A stretch of DNA of 64,000 bases from Trueperaceae bacterium (GTDB lineage Bacteria; Deinococcota; Deinococci; Deinococcales; Trueperaceae): contig OZ243927.1 of the NCBI GenBank assembly GCA_965213925.1, forward strand, positions 3,232,001 through 3,296,000, read 5' to 3'. Below are positions 51,897 to 62,555 of this stretch, piece by piece. Position numbers and translations under genes: made by a program. The notes below the pieces were generated by a model. That model was not told where the DNA came from. It saw only the letters and a program-made list of their open reading frames with translations, and ran no database searches. Numbering within the stretch: position 1 is the stretch's first letter; each line of letters starts with the position of its first letter.

Positions 51897-52883
51897 GTGT
51901 TTGACTACCTTTCAAAACTCACCGGGCGACTTCTCAGCCCCCTTTTGTGCGCCCTTGCGCTCTGCCCCCTGGCCGCCGCGCAAACCTACACAGTAGGTGC
52001 CAACGCCTCCTCAGCGGGCTTCGAGCCGGATGTGCGTATAGAAGGGATTAGAGCTGGAGGGCTGCGCTTTGGCGTGCGCGTCGCGGGGGACTCTGAAGCG
52101 GGACGCTTTGAAGGAGGCGCAAGCACCCGCTTCAGCACCTCACTCGGTCCTTTAGGCAACGTCGCAGTGACGGGCCGCGCCAACGCGGATACAGCGGGCG
52201 CGTTCGCCGCCTCGGTGCGCGGCAGCGGTGTGCTCGGACCTGTGGGCGCGCGGATACGGCTGGACGCTTTCAATGTTAACCCGGGTCGCTTCGCACCCGA
52301 AACCCTCTTTGAGGGCGAGCGACCCTTTCTGCTCGGCGCACCTAGTCAAGAAGCGTTCGCCGCCCAACTCGGCGTCGGCTTGACCTACCGCCTCAGCCGC
52401 ACGACGATATTCACCTTAGACCCCGACCTCCTCTATTCGTGGGAGGATGACGAGAGCGGGCTCGGCGTAAGGGGTACGGGCACCGTCGAGCTGCGCCGTT
52501 TAAGAGGTCGGGATAATGGAATCGTATTGGCGGAAGGATACTTGGAGCCAGGAGCCGACGCGGGCTACGGCGCGGCAGGCTTCACCTACGCGCTCAATAG
52601 GCGCAGTTTACCGACGATGAGAGGAACGCTGCTCGTCGGCGCAGGCAGTGAGGGACTCTCTCCGGGCGCACGCTTCTTCATGCAGAAGCGGGACAGGTTA
52701 GATTACAGCCTCACTCTCGCTGCCGAGCCCTACCGCACGGACGTTCCTAAAGTGCGCGGCGAGGCGAGCTTAGCGGGCGCGTTAGGATCAGGGACATTAC
52801 ACACCACCTTGCTCGCCGCGCCGACAAAAGATTTCGATGTACCCCTTCTTACGCTGAGGAGTGCGTATCAGTTTAGCTTTTGA
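51897..52883 (+). CDS. Hypothetical outer-membrane beta-barrel protein
   Basis: TATAGT-N6-GTG start, signal peptide (..LAAAQ), C-terminal YQFSF. Confidence 0.65.
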   Translation: MFDYLSKLTGRLLSPLLCALALCPLAAAQTYTVGANASSAGFEPDVRIEGIRAGGLRFGVRVAGDSEAGRFEGGASTRFSTSLGPLGNVAVTGRANADTAGAFAASVRGSGVLGPVGARIRLDAFNVNPGRFAPETLFEGERPFLLGAPSQEAFAAQLGVGLTYRLSRTTIFTLDPDLLYSWEDDESGLGVRGTGTVELRRLRGRDNGIVLAEGYLEPGADAGYGAAGFTYALNRRSLPTMRGTLLVGAGSEGLSPGARFFMQKRDRLDYSLTLAAEPYRTDVPKVRGEASLAGALGSGTLHTTLLAAPTKDFDVPLLTLRSAYQFSF

Positions 52884-53426
52884 GGGCGGGAGTTGAATGT
52901 CAGAATTTAGCACCGCTACATCGACTTCTGAATTCTGGCGAAGCGTGGGGGCTCTTTAGTTTGACAACTTTGGCTTCTAAACCGCCCATGAGAACGTACG
53001 ACCGCAAAGCGTCTCTAGCGAGACGCTTTGCATGTGAAACACGTCTCAGCTCGGCTTCTTCCAGTTACGGCTTCCTACTCAGGGCTTACGCATGTAGATT
53101 CGTGACATCCTATTCGCATTCGATATGTAGCTTTTCAAGGGACAGAATTCGGCTTTATACCCTCTTCGAGCGAACTCTGTTTTCATTTCGAAAGGTTCAC
53201 AGCGACTTCTTCCAAAGAATTGGCGTACATACGTACGCCCTACTTCCTACTTGCGTAGGTGCGACACGTTCGGCGCAGCGTGTTAGACTGAAGCGTGTTT
53301 TCTCAGACCCCTCGAGCCTCTCTGCCGCTACAACCCGCCCCCGACACGCTGGCGGGCGTTTTTTTGGCTCGAGCGGGGCGCACGTGGTGGTAGTGTAGTG
53401 AGGGGCGCGTCTTACCAGGAGGACCC

Positions 53427-54125
53427 ATGCTCGACAAACTCAGCCAAGTACAACTGCGCGACCTAGACCTCGACACCTTGCAAGAGGAGAAGGGGCGCAC
53501 CCCCGAAGACCTCAGCGCCGCGAGGGAGCGCAAAGAGGCGCTAGAAACGCGCCTGGCGCAGACCGAAGCGCGCTTCAATGAGGTGCGCCAAGAGGTGAAC
53601 CGCAACGAGCTGGAGATTAAAACCTTGAACGAGCGCCGCGAGGGTGCCGCGAACGCCGCCATCGCCGCAGGTCCGACCCGCGAAGCGGCGCAGTATCAAA
53701 ACCAAGAGTTGCAGTTCGCGACCCGCGTGCAGGAGTTAGAGGACGACACCTTGCCGCTCATGGAGCGCATGGAGGGGTTAGAGCGAGAGGTCGCCGAGCT
53801 GAAAGTCGCGCTCGCCGACCTCGGACCTCAGCTCAGCGAACTCGCACAAGCCGAAGAGCTTAGGGTCGCCGAGGTCGAGGAGAAGATCAGCGCCATGACG
53901 AACGAGCGCAACGCCGCAGCCAACGGCATCGACGCCTCGCTCCTCAAGCAGTACGAACAGGTGCGCCGCTCGAAGCGCGGCGTCGGCGTGGTGCCCATTG
54001 TGGATAACCAGCGCTGCGGCGGCTGCAGTATGCGCCTGCCTATCCACGTGATCCAGAAAGCCAAAACGGGCAAGAAGATCACCCGCTGCCCGAGCTGCGG
54101 GCGGATTCTGTGGGCGAAGGATTAA
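53427..54125 (+). CDS. Coiled-coil / C4 zinc-ribbon protein (DUF164-like)
   Basis: Long coiled coil, CGGC...CPSCGRIL. Confidence 0.88.
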   Translation: MLDKLSQVQLRDLDLDTLQEEKGRTPEDLSAARERKEALETRLAQTEARFNEVRQEVNRNELEIKTLNERREGAANAAIAAGPTREAAQYQNQELQFATRVQELEDDTLPLMERMEGLEREVAELKVALADLGPQLSELAQAEELRVAEVEEKISAMTNERNAAANGIDASLLKQYEQVRRSKRGVGVVPIVDNQRCGGCSMRLPIHVIQKAKTGKKITRCPSCGRILWAKD

Positions 54126-54198
54126 GAGCAGCAATGAGTTGAAAGGCTTTGGTTTTCACTCATTACACCGCAAACTAACTATTGATACTTCTTACTGA

Positions 54199-54327
54199 TG
54201 TCACCCTGAGCCGAAGGCGTGAGGGTCTCGTTTAGCTACGCTAAAACTTTGTGACTCGCAATCTCTGCAAGAGGAGTCAGCAAGGTCAGAGATTCTTACG
54301 CTCCACTGCGTTCCGCTCAGAATGACA
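54199..54327 (+). repeat. TGTCA...TGACA palindromic repeat, copy 3
   Basis: TGTCACCCTGAGCCGAAGGCG...GCTCAGAATGACA. Confidence 0.85.
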
Positions 54328-54359
54328 TCACTCTTTAATTAGCAGTGTACTGACGAACT

Positions 54360-55136
54360 TCAACTCGACGTTGCGCTCTCACGCTCAGGCTTCCGCCCTA
54401 AAATAATCATGCTGAGCACGTCATCTTTGCTCACCTCGTCCGTTAAGCGTGTATCTACGAGCTGACCATTGTGCAGCACGCTGACGCGGTCGGCGAGGTC
54501 GAACACGTCGTGGATGTCGTGGCTGACCAAAAAGATACCGATGTCCTCGCGCTTGAGCTGACGCACTAACTCGCTCACTTTCTGCGTCTCTTGCGGTCCT
54601 AACGCGGCGGTCGGCTCGTCCATGATGAGCACCTTCGCGTCGAAGTAGATGGCGCGTCCGATAGCGATAGCTTGGCGCTGTCCGCCGGAGAGGTTGCGGA
54701 CGCTCTCGCGCAAGGAGGTGATTTTCAGCTCGAGCCTATCCAACACCTTGCGCGTCTCGCTCTCCATCGTGTCGTTATCAAGCACGCCGAACGCGCCTTT
54801 GATCTCACGACCTAAAAAGACGTTCGCCGCCGCATTGAGGTTGTCAGCCAACGCGAGAGTTTGGTAAATCGTCTCGATGCCACACGCTTTGGCGTCTTTA
54901 GGGCTGCGAAAATCCTGGCGCTCGCCGCGCACATAGACCTCTCCCTCATCCGCTTGCAGTGCGCCCGAAAGAATCTTGATAAGCGTGGACTTGCCCGCGC
55001 CGTTATGCCCGACGATGCCGACCACTTCGCCCGGCTGAACGTCGACGCTGACGTTCTCTAAAGCGTGGACGCCGCCAAAGCGCTTCGAGATACCGCGCAT
55101 CTCGACAAGAGGTGTATCCGCCGCGCTACCCGACAT
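54360..55136 (-). CDS. Monosaccharide ABC transporter ATP-binding protein
   Basis: [21 protein letters not shown]. Confidence 0.93.
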   Translation of the reverse strand: MSGSAADTPLVEMRGISKRFGGVHALENVSVDVQPGEVVGIVGHNGAGKSTLIKILSGALQADEGEVYVRGERQDFRSPKDAKACGIETIYQTLALADNLNAAANVFLGREIKGAFGVLDNDTMESETRKVLDRLELKITSLRESVRNLSGGQRQAIAIGRAIYFDAKVLIMDEPTAALGPQETQKVSELVRQLKREDIGIFLVSHDIHDVFDLADRVSVLHNGQLVDTRLTDEVSKDDVLSMIILGRKPERESATSS

Positions 55137-56401
55137 CAAGCTGCCCCTCTGCGCCGCCGATAAGCGACGTCAAGCCAGACCGCTAAGATGAGCACGAGCC
55201 CGATAATGACCTGCTGCAAGGCGCTCGTCAAGCCGAGAAGCACCATGCCGTTCTGTAAGCTCTGCATGATGACTGCGCCAAGCACGGCCCCGGTAACGGT
55301 GCCGACCCCGCCCGAAAGCGAAGTGCCGCCGACCACAGCCGCCGCAATCACGTAGAGTTCGGCTAGAGTACCTGTCGAGTTCGAGCCCGCGTTGAGCCGC
55401 GCCGACGCCACCGCGCCCGCCACCGCGCAGAGCATCCCGATAATTACGAAGACGAGCAGCTTGATGCGCCGCGTGTCGATGCCCGCTAGCTCGGCGGCTT
55501 CAGGGTTGCCGCCAATCGCGTAGACGTAGCGCCCAAAAGCGGTGAGCTTGCTGAGCGCACTCATCAGCAGCGTGATGCCGATGAGGATAAGGACCGGAAC
55601 GGGTATACCCCGCCCGACGTCGCTCTGCGGCAGCGTGTAGGCGTTCATCGTCATCACGAAGGCGACGACCAGAGCGCTCAGTAGAAGCGGCGTGGCGACT
55701 TCCGCCCAGAGTGGCTTGGTGGGGAAGTTGAGTTGCTGCCGCCTGCGGCGCGTCCGCAGGGTAAAGCCCGCGATACAGGCGACGGCTAAACCGCCCAGCA
55801 CCCAACTCCACGTGCTGCCAATCGAACCATCAACGCCGCCGCCCAAAACTTGAAAGTTTTCGTTTAGGGGTGCGACGGTGCGCCCTTGCGTCACGAGCCA
55901 AGCGCCGCCGCGCCAGATGAGCAGCCCTGCTAAGGTCACGATAAAGGAGGGAACGGCGCGGTACGCGCTCCAGTAGCCCTGAAACGCGCCGACGACCCCG
56001 CCGAGCACCACGCCGAGCGCGAGCGCCACAAGCCAAGTCCAAGCTGCCTCGGGTAAAATCTCGGTCTGCAAAACCGCCATGACCATCCCTAAAAAGCCTA
56101 AGAGCGAGCCGACCGAGAGATCTATCTCGCGGGTGATAATTACGAGCACCATGCCGGTGGCGATAATGGCGACGACGCTCGTTTGCACCGCGAGGTTCCA
56201 CAGGTTACGGGCGCTCAAAAACGCGCCGTCCGTGAGGAAGTGGAAGCTGAGCCAGATGATCGTCAAGGCCGCGAACATGCCGAGCAGACGCGGGTCGATG
56301 CCTAAAAGCTCGAGGTAATCCCGCGCTCGCTCAGGTTGTTTTTCAGACTGCTCTTCAGATTTTTGTGCGCCTGGCGCATCCTTGACTGTTTCACTGCTCA
56401 T
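55136..56401 (-). CDS. xylH: Xylose-type ABC transporter permease
   Basis: [31 protein letters not shown]. Confidence 0.85.
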   Translation of the reverse strand: MSSETVKDAPGAQKSEEQSEKQPERARDYLELLGIDPRLLGMFAALTIIWLSFHFLTDGAFLSARNLWNLAVQTSVVAIIATGMVLVIITREIDLSVGSLLGFLGMVMAVLQTEILPEAAWTWLVALALGVVLGGVVGAFQGYWSAYRAVPSFIVTLAGLLIWRGGAWLVTQGRTVAPLNENFQVLGGGVDGSIGSTWSWVLGGLAVACIAGFTLRTRRRRQQLNFPTKPLWAEVATPLLLSALVVAFVMTMNAYTLPQSDVGRGIPVPVLILIGITLLMSALSKLTAFGRYVYAIGGNPEAAELAGIDTRRIKLLVFVIIGMLCAVAGAVASARLNAGSNSTGTLAELYVIAAAVVGGTSLSGGVGTVTGAVLGAVIMQSLQNGMVLLGLTSALQQVIIGLVLILAVWLDVAYRRRRGAA

Positions 56402-56406
56402 GAAGG

Positions 56407-57465
56407 CTACTGGCTACAGACCGCAGGGGCAGCGTCACTCGCCGCGTCGACGCCGTCGCAGACCGTCGCCTGGTCAATCCAACCCGCGTCGATGACGACG
56501 TTTAAGTTGTCCTTCGTGATGGGGATGGGCTCGAGCAGCACCGCGTCCATCTCGACACCTTCCGGTCCGTCGTCCCACGTGGTCAAGTCAGCGACGCCGC
56601 TCACGTCCTCACCTCTCGCGAGCGCGACGGCGACCTCAGCGGCGATGCGCCCTAACTCAGCCGTGTCCTTCCACACACTCACGGTCTGTAAGCCCCGCGC
56701 GATGCGGTTGAGCGCGGCGGCGTCGCCGTCTTGCCCGGAGACGGGCACGTCACCCGCTAAACCGGAGGAGCTGAGCGCCGACACGACGCCCCCCGCAGTG
56801 CTGTCGTTCGACGCCACGACCGCCGCAACCTCGCCGTTATTCGCCGTTAAGATTTGCTCCATATTCTGCTGCGCGACCTCGGGCAGCCAGTCCTCGGTGT
56901 ACTGCTCGCCAACCACCGTGATGTCACCCGCGTCGATGGCGCTCTGCAACACGTCGAGCTGTCCTGCGTGCAAGATGTCGGCGTTGGGGTCGGTTGGGCT
57001 GCCCTTGATAAAGGCGTAGTCGCCGGTAGGTTGCGCGTCGTACACGGCTTGCGCCTGTAAGCGCCCTACCTCGCGGTTGTCGAAAGTGAGGTAAAAAACA
57101 TCCTCCGCTTCGATGAGCCGGTCATAGCCGACTACTGGAATGCCCGCGGCCTGCGCCCGAGATATCGCCGGAATCACCGCTTGGGTATCTTGCGCGACGA
57201 TAACGATGACATTTGCGCCGCGCGTGATGAGGCTCTCGATGTCGGTGAGTTGCTTTTCAGGCGAGCCCTGCGCGTCTGTACTGATATAGTCCGCGCCCAA
57301 CTCTTCAAGCCTCGCAGTCAGCGCCGCTTCGTCGGTGCGCCAGCGCTCGAGCTGAAAGTCCGACCAACTCACCCCGACGGTCTGCGCCCACGCAGCACCC
57401 ACCAGAGAGAAAACCACCGTTAAGACCACCGCTAAAGTCACCGTAAAAAGAGAACGCTTCGCCAT
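56407..57465 (-). CDS. xylF: D-xylose-type ABC transporter substrate-binding protein
   Basis: [36 protein letters not shown]. Confidence 0.85.
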   Translation of the reverse strand: MAKRSLFTVTLAVVLTVVFSLVGAAWAQTVGVSWSDFQLERWRTDEAALTARLEELGADYISTDAQGSPEKQLTDIESLITRGANVIVIVAQDTQAVIPAISRAQAAGIPVVGYDRLIEAEDVFYLTFDNREVGRLQAQAVYDAQPTGDYAFIKGSPTDPNADILHAGQLDVLQSAIDAGDITVVGEQYTEDWLPEVAQQNMEQILTANNGEVAAVVASNDSTAGGVVSALSSSGLAGDVPVSGQDGDAAALNRIARGLQTVSVWKDTAELGRIAAEVAVALARGEDVSGVADLTTWDDGPEGVEMDAVLLEPIPITKDNLNVVIDAGWIDQATVCDGVDAASDAAPAVCSQ

Positions 57466-57888
57466 AGTTGCTCCTCCTTAGAGCTGCCCCGCCCCGATAC
57501 CTATTTTGACTGACGCTTTGATTATGACCTAAATATGTAACGAATGTAAACCGCCCGCTCGAGAAGAGGTCGCGCGAAACGTCAGTGGAGTGGTGGGATA
57601 GGAAGTGCAGAAGAGAGAATGTCAATGCAAGGGGTTTCAACCCCTTGTTCATCACGTAGATATAGTAGAGAGATAGCAACAGGGAGCACACGGCAGCGTT
57701 CGACTCAGAACCACCACCCACTCCTTTTTAGAATTCTGTCTTCTCGGGGTCGATCAGCTTGTCCAGACCTCCCTGAAGGTTACGGAGCTTGAACATGACA
57801 CGCTCTGTTCTACCCCCCACAGTTTGCCACCACAAGACTTACGCTATACTGATTGGGCACAAACGTATAGAAATGGAGAGATGATCAA

Positions 57889-58737
57889 GTGAGCACGGTT
57901 CCTAGCGTCACAATGAATAACGGTAAGACTATCCCGCAGCTCGGCTTCGGAACATATCAGATTAAACCAGATAACACGGTGGAAGCGGTGACAAAAGCGT
58001 TGGAGGTCGGCTACCGGCACATCGACACCGCGCAGATGTACGGCAACGAGAGAGAGGTCGGCGAGGCGATTCACGCTTTTGACGTAGACCGGAGCGACGT
58101 GTTCGTGACGAGCAAGCTCAACAACAGTTTTCACGAACCTGACGACGCGCGCAGGGCGTTTGACGACACGCTCTCCAAACTCGGCTTCGACTACGTGGAC
58201 CTCTTTTTGATCCACTGGCCGCTGCCGACGCGCTACGGCGGCGACTACGTCTCGACCTGGCAGACCCTAGAGGAGTTTCACCGCGACGGGCGCGCCCGCT
58301 CGATCGGTGTGTCGAACTTTCAGCCGGACCACCTCGAGCGGCTCGCCGCCGAGACCGACACCGCACCGGCGGTCAATCAGATCGAGGCGCACCCCTATTT
58401 TCGCAACGACGAGGTGCGCGCTTACGGTCAAGAGCACGAGATCGAGACCGAAGCGTGGTCGCCCATCGCGCAGGGCGAGGTGCTGGACGACCCCGCCATC
58501 ACACAGATTGCACAAGAGGTCGGTAAAACGCCCGCGCAAGTCGTGTTGCGCTGGCACATCCAGCGCGGCGACATCGTGTTCCCTAAGTCCGTGACGCCCT
58601 CCAGAATCGAAGAGAACTTCGCTATTTTCGACTTTGAACTGGATTCAGACGCAATGGACAAACTGAGCAGCTTAGGCAAGGGTGAAGAGGGTCGCACCGG
58701 ACCCCACCCGGACACGTTTGACTACATCCCCGACTGA
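57889..58737 (+). CDS. Aldo/keto reductase (2,5-DKG reductase-like)
   Basis: LGFGTYQ, DTAQMY, LIHWP, IGVSNF, FPKSV. Confidence 0.93.
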   Translation: MSTVPSVTMNNGKTIPQLGFGTYQIKPDNTVEAVTKALEVGYRHIDTAQMYGNEREVGEAIHAFDVDRSDVFVTSKLNNSFHEPDDARRAFDDTLSKLGFDYVDLFLIHWPLPTRYGGDYVSTWQTLEEFHRDGRARSIGVSNFQPDHLERLAAETDTAPAVNQIEAHPYFRNDEVRAYGQEHEIETEAWSPIAQGEVLDDPAITQIAQEVGKTPAQVVLRWHIQRGDIVFPKSVTPSRIEENFAIFDFELDSDAMDKLSSLGKGEEGRTGPHPDTFDYIPD

Positions 58738-58812
58738 TCAAACTGGGTTACGGGCGAGATTGGATTTTGAATTCGGGTGTAGTACGCTGTTGATTAAGTT
58801 CTGCAACACTGT

Positions 58813-58937
58813 TGTCACCCCGAGCCCAGTCGAGTGGTCTCGCCTTGCATTCTCTCACAGGGAAGAAGGCGGTCAGAGATTCTTTCTCTCCACAGCCTGC
58901 CCTGAGCAAGGTCGAATGGGTTACGCTCAGAATGACA
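58813..58937 (+). repeat. TGTCA...TGACA palindromic repeat, copy 4 (divergent)
   Basis: TGTCACCCCGAGC...GGTCAGAGATTCTT...GCTCAGAATGACA. Confidence 0.75.
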
Positions 58938-59050
58938 CGGCTTATTTTTTATTTAACGGTGTAGTAGCGTGAGTTAGTAGAAAGTTGTGAATAGATGGAA
59001 AGAGAGGCTCGAGCCCATTAAAACGCCCGAGCCTCTCTATCAACGAAAAA

Positions 59051-60193
59051 TCAAAACTCCGCTTCCATAAGCGCCTCGAAGCGTTCGCGCATCTCGCTAG
59101 CTTTCGCGCTCTGACCGCGCAGCTCCCAAATATGCGCGAGCCCTTCCCAGGCGCTCTCGCTGTAGGGGTCGTGCTCGGTCATGGCGGTGTAAAAGCGCGT
59201 GGCGCTGTCGTAATCTTCCTGCGTCTCCGCCATCTCCGCCGCCGTCAAAAGGTTGGTGAGGTGGTCGGCGTGAAGCTCGGCGCGGGTCACTTCCGCCCAC
59301 TCCGAATCGACGCCCGTCAGGAAATGCCCTCTATAAAGCTCTAAAAGCTGGATGTAGTCCTCTAAGGTGCCCTCCGACTGCACCGCGAGGCTCTTCGAGC
59401 GGTAACGCTCTGCGTCGTACGTCATCTCCAAATTGCGCTGCAAGTAGTAGCGGCGGTTCGCCGACTCGACGATCTCGCCGCCCATCACCTTGCGCAGCCG
59501 GTATAAGGTGGTGTGAAAGGAGCTGCTCGCTTTAGACTCGGTCTTGCCGGGCCAGAGCGCCTCCGCGACCTCAAAGGTGCTCACGCCGTCCGGGTGTTCT
59601 AAGAGGTAGAAAAATAGCTCTAACGCCTTGAGCGAGTCCCAGTCGAGCCGCTCACCGCCCTTCTCGACCAGCGGCGCGCCCAGCGCGGACGCCTGAACGA
59701 CGCCCTCGACGGGCTTGCGAATCTCCGCAAAGCGCTCGATGCGCCGCTCGACCGCGCCTATGACCTCAGAGCGCTCAAACGGTTTGGTGAGGTAGTCGTC
59801 CGCGCCGAGCGACATGCCGTGGCGCACGTGTTCGCGCTCGCCCATCGCCGTCAGGAAGATAAAGGGGACGCCGCGCAACTCGGCGATATCGCGAGTGTGA
59901 CCGCAGAATTCAAAGCCGTCCATGACGGGCATCGTCACGTCCGAAATGATGACGTCGGGGCGCAGACCGCCCCTGAGTTCCAGGAGCGCGTCCTTCGCCC
60001 GGTCGAAGGTGATGACGGCGAAGCCCGCCGAGACGAGGCTCACCTCGATGAGCTTGCGGATGGCGGTGTCGTCGTCTACGGTTAGGACGAGCCGGTTGGT
60101 GTTCGACTTCTTAACGGGTTGGCTGACGAGGTTGGTCTTTTTCGCCGCACTTTTCGCCGTATCCTTCGCAGCGCTTTTCGTCGCAGTTGCCAC
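59051..60193 (-). CDS. Response regulator with SARP-type wHTH/BTAD output
   Basis: Receiver (VDDD, ISDVTMPVMDG, YLTKPF), ALWP...LYRLRK, TPR-like C-terminus. Confidence 0.88.
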   Translation of the reverse strand: MATATKSAAKDTAKSAAKKTNLVSQPVKKSNTNRLVLTVDDDTAIRKLIEVSLVSAGFAVITFDRAKDALLELRGGLRPDVIISDVTMPVMDGFEFCGHTRDIAELRGVPFIFLTAMGEREHVRHGMSLGADDYLTKPFERSEVIGAVERRIERFAEIRKPVEGVVQASALGAPLVEKGGERLDWDSLKALELFFYLLEHPDGVSTFEVAEALWPGKTESKASSSFHTTLYRLRKVMGGEIVESANRRYYLQRNLEMTYDAERYRSKSLAVQSEGTLEDYIQLLELYRGHFLTGVDSEWAEVTRAELHADHLTNLLTAAEMAETQEDYDSATRFYTAMTEHDPYSESAWEGLAHIWELRGQSAKASEMRERFEALMEAEF

Positions 60194-60387
60194 TAGTCCG
60201 ACCAGCTCTCGGTCTGCTGGTAGTAGACGAGCGCGCTGTACTCGACATTTTGCACGGCTACAGCCGTTGAGAACTTGATATCTACGATGATGTCGTCGGT
60301 GTCTAACGAGGTGACGAAACGCTCCAGCCTCTCTTCGAAAGTGTCGACGCTACTCGAGGTAATCAGCTTAAATTTGGGCTCCATCAT
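60193..60387 (-). CDS. Small hypothetical protein (Cse60/DUF2758-like)
   Basis: GAGGAG RBS; FEERLERF...IVDIKFS...YSALVYY. Confidence 0.6.
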   Translation of the reverse strand: MMEPKFKLITSSSVDTFEERLERFVTSLDTDDIIVDIKFSTAVAVQNVEYSALVYYQQTESWSD

Positions 60388-60530
60388 TCTCTCCTCTACA
60401 ACCTCTATAAGCAGGCGCATCTGATCAGAAGCGCGCGTCAAAGCCGTCAGCACACACCTCATAAAATCCCGCTAGCCTTATCAGGCTGAGACTTATGTGA
60501 TTTCAACTCAGCCGCGCCTGTCGCGCTTAT

Positions 60531-61370
60531 CTATCCGCGTTCATCTATCCGTCGCGCGTCCACCCCAGCGTCTCCCGAACGCTTTACAGATAACACCTCA
60601 TCTTTCAACGCTTCGGGGTCATCCGCCATGAGACCGTTCACACCTAGGCGGGTGAGGTCTTTCACACGTTCTCTATCGTTCACCGTCCAGGTGTTCACAG
60701 GCAGTCTGTGACGCGCTGCCCAGCGCAGCATCCGCGCGTCAACCTGGCTGTGGTGCGGATGAAGCGCGTCGACGTGGAGCCACCTGGCGAGGTAGCCGGA
60801 GCGCAGCAGGAGAGGTAAGTCAGGAGCGTAGAGAAGCGCCGTGCGCAACTCGGGGGCGAGCAGGCGCACGCGGAGGAGAGACAAAGGGTTGAAGCTCGAG
60901 AGCAGCACCCGCCCCGCCAAGCCAGACTCGAGCACCGCTCGGACGACCTCCTTTTCCAACCCGTCCGAGCGTAAGCTTTGAGATTTGATCTCCAAGTTGA
61001 GCAGCTTGCCCGGATACCCTCTCGCTAAGGCGAAGAGGTCGTCCAGTGCGGGAATATCTCCGTCAAAGGCCTGCAGTTCCGCCAACGTGAGCGAACGCGC
61101 CGAGCGTCCGTCCGGCAGGTCGACATCGTGGTAGATGAAAAGTCGACCGTCACGGCTCCTCTGCACGTCGAATTCGACGCCGTCCAGCCCCGCTTCGAAA
61201 GCAGCGGTGAAAGCAGCGAGGCTGTTTTCAGGCAGACGCCCGCGCAGCCCGCGGTGTCCGATGAGAAGAGGTCGCGTGGTGGCGCTGACGTCGGGAAGAG
61301 GTCGGGGAAACCAGAGCAGCGCCCAAAGTACGAGGAGCGTGATGAGGCTCACTGTCCAGAGAAAGAGCAT
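60531..61370 (-). CDS. Glycerophosphodiester phosphodiesterase
   Basis: IGHRG, PENSL, VEFDV, NLEIK, SSFN, WTVN. Confidence 0.93.
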   Translation of the reverse strand: MLFLWTVSLITLLVLWALLWFPRPLPDVSATTRPLLIGHRGLRGRLPENSLAAFTAAFEAGLDGVEFDVQRSRDGRLFIYHDVDLPDGRSARSLTLAELQAFDGDIPALDDLFALARGYPGKLLNLEIKSQSLRSDGLEKEVVRAVLESGLAGRVLLSSFNPLSLLRVRLLAPELRTALLYAPDLPLLLRSGYLARWLHVDALHPHHSQVDARMLRWAARHRLPVNTWTVNDRERVKDLTRLGVNGLMADDPEALKDEVLSVKRSGDAGVDARRIDERG

Positions 61371-61430
61371 GATGACGCAGTATACTCATCCGTATGAACG
61401 GCGACCTCTTACACAACTCCCGGTTCGACG

Positions 61431-61865
61431 GTGCCTGAGTACCCGCTCGCTACGGTCGGCGCACTCGTGGTCGGGCCCTCGGAGCGCGTGCTCATCATTA
61501 AGACGCACAAGTGGCGCGGCAAGTGGGGCGTGCCGGGAGGCAAAATCGCGTACGGCGAGCGCATGACGCGAGCCTTGAAGCGTGAATTTTTAGAGGAAAC
61601 GGGTCTTACGCTCACCGATATCTACCGAGGACCCGTGCAAGAGGCGGTTGACAGCGCGGAGTTCTACAAGGACGCGCACTTCATCTTGCTCAACTTCGTC
61701 GCGCGGACGAAGAGCGAAGAGGTTACGCTCAACGAGGAAGCGGAGGTGTACACGTGGGTTTCGCCCGAACGGGCGCTGACCTACGACCTCAACACACCGA
61801 CTCGCCGGCTTGTCACGTTTTATCTCGAGCATCCTTTAGAAACACTCCCGTGCCTGCCGCATTAG
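61431..61865 (+). CDS. NUDIX hydrolase
   Basis: PGGKIAYGE...ALKREFLEETGL Nudix box. Confidence 0.92.
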   Translation: MPEYPLATVGALVVGPSERVLIIKTHKWRGKWGVPGGKIAYGERMTRALKREFLEETGLTLTDIYRGPVQEAVDSAEFYKDAHFILLNFVARTKSEEVTLNEEAEVYTWVSPERALTYDLNTPTRRLVTFYLEHPLETLPCLPH

Positions 61866-62554
61866 TCACCGGCTCCGCCAAGGGCATCGGCAGAGCGTTA
61901 GCGCTCATGCTGGCGGAAGAGGGCTACGACGTAGGGGTGCATTACCGAACCAGTCAGCGTGAAGCGCGAGAGGTCGCGCAAGAGGTCAGAGAGAGAGGCG
62001 TCCGCGCCGTCACGCTGCGAGCAGACGTGACCGACGCCGAGCAAGCGGCGGCGTTAGTCGGAGAAGCACACGCGCAACTGGGTCAACTGGATGTGCTTGT
62101 CAACAACGTCGGCGACTACCTCTTCACGCCACTGGACGAACTGGGAATAAATGACTGGCACGCCATGTTCGACTCGAACTTGCACAGCACCTTCTACACC
62201 TGCCGCGCCGCCGTCCCGCTGATGAGAGGGAGAGGTGGGCGCATCATCAACTTGGGCTATGCGGGCGCAGAACTCGTCAAAGCGAGACCGAGCATCGCGG
62301 CGTACAGCATCGCCAAAACGGGCGTGATCCTCTACAGCAAGGCGCTCGCTAAGGTGGAGGCGAAGCGCGGCATTACAGTCAACGTCATTTCACCTGGCAT
62401 CATGGAGAACAGCGTGTCGACGCCCGACGACTTGCCGATGGGACGCGCCGGTGCGCTCACCGAACTCACGGGCGCGGCGAGGTACCTCATCTCACCCGAG
62501 GCGCGCTACGTGACGGGGGTGACGCTCGAGGTCGCCGGGGGATGGAACGTTTAG
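61850..62554 (+). CDS. SDR oxidoreductase (pteridine reductase-like)
   Basis: TGSAKGIG, VHYRTS, NNVG, YSIAK; GTG start at 61850. Confidence 0.88.
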   Translation: MPAALVTGSAKGIGRALALMLAEEGYDVGVHYRTSQREAREVAQEVRERGVRAVTLRADVTDAEQAAALVGEAHAQLGQLDVLVNNVGDYLFTPLDELGINDWHAMFDSNLHSTFYTCRAAVPLMRGRGGRIINLGYAGAELVKARPSIAAYSIAKTGVILYSKALAKVEAKRGITVNVISPGIMENSVSTPDDLPMGRAGALTELTGAARYLISPEARYVTGVTLEVAGGWNV

Positions 62555-62555
62555 G

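Noticed and set aside
52880..53398. 172-aa ORF in the track
   Set aside because: Atypical composition, no RBS or motif; the region contains REP-like hairpins (e.g. GGCGTAC-ATAC-GTACGCC near 53222) and a promoter/terminator.
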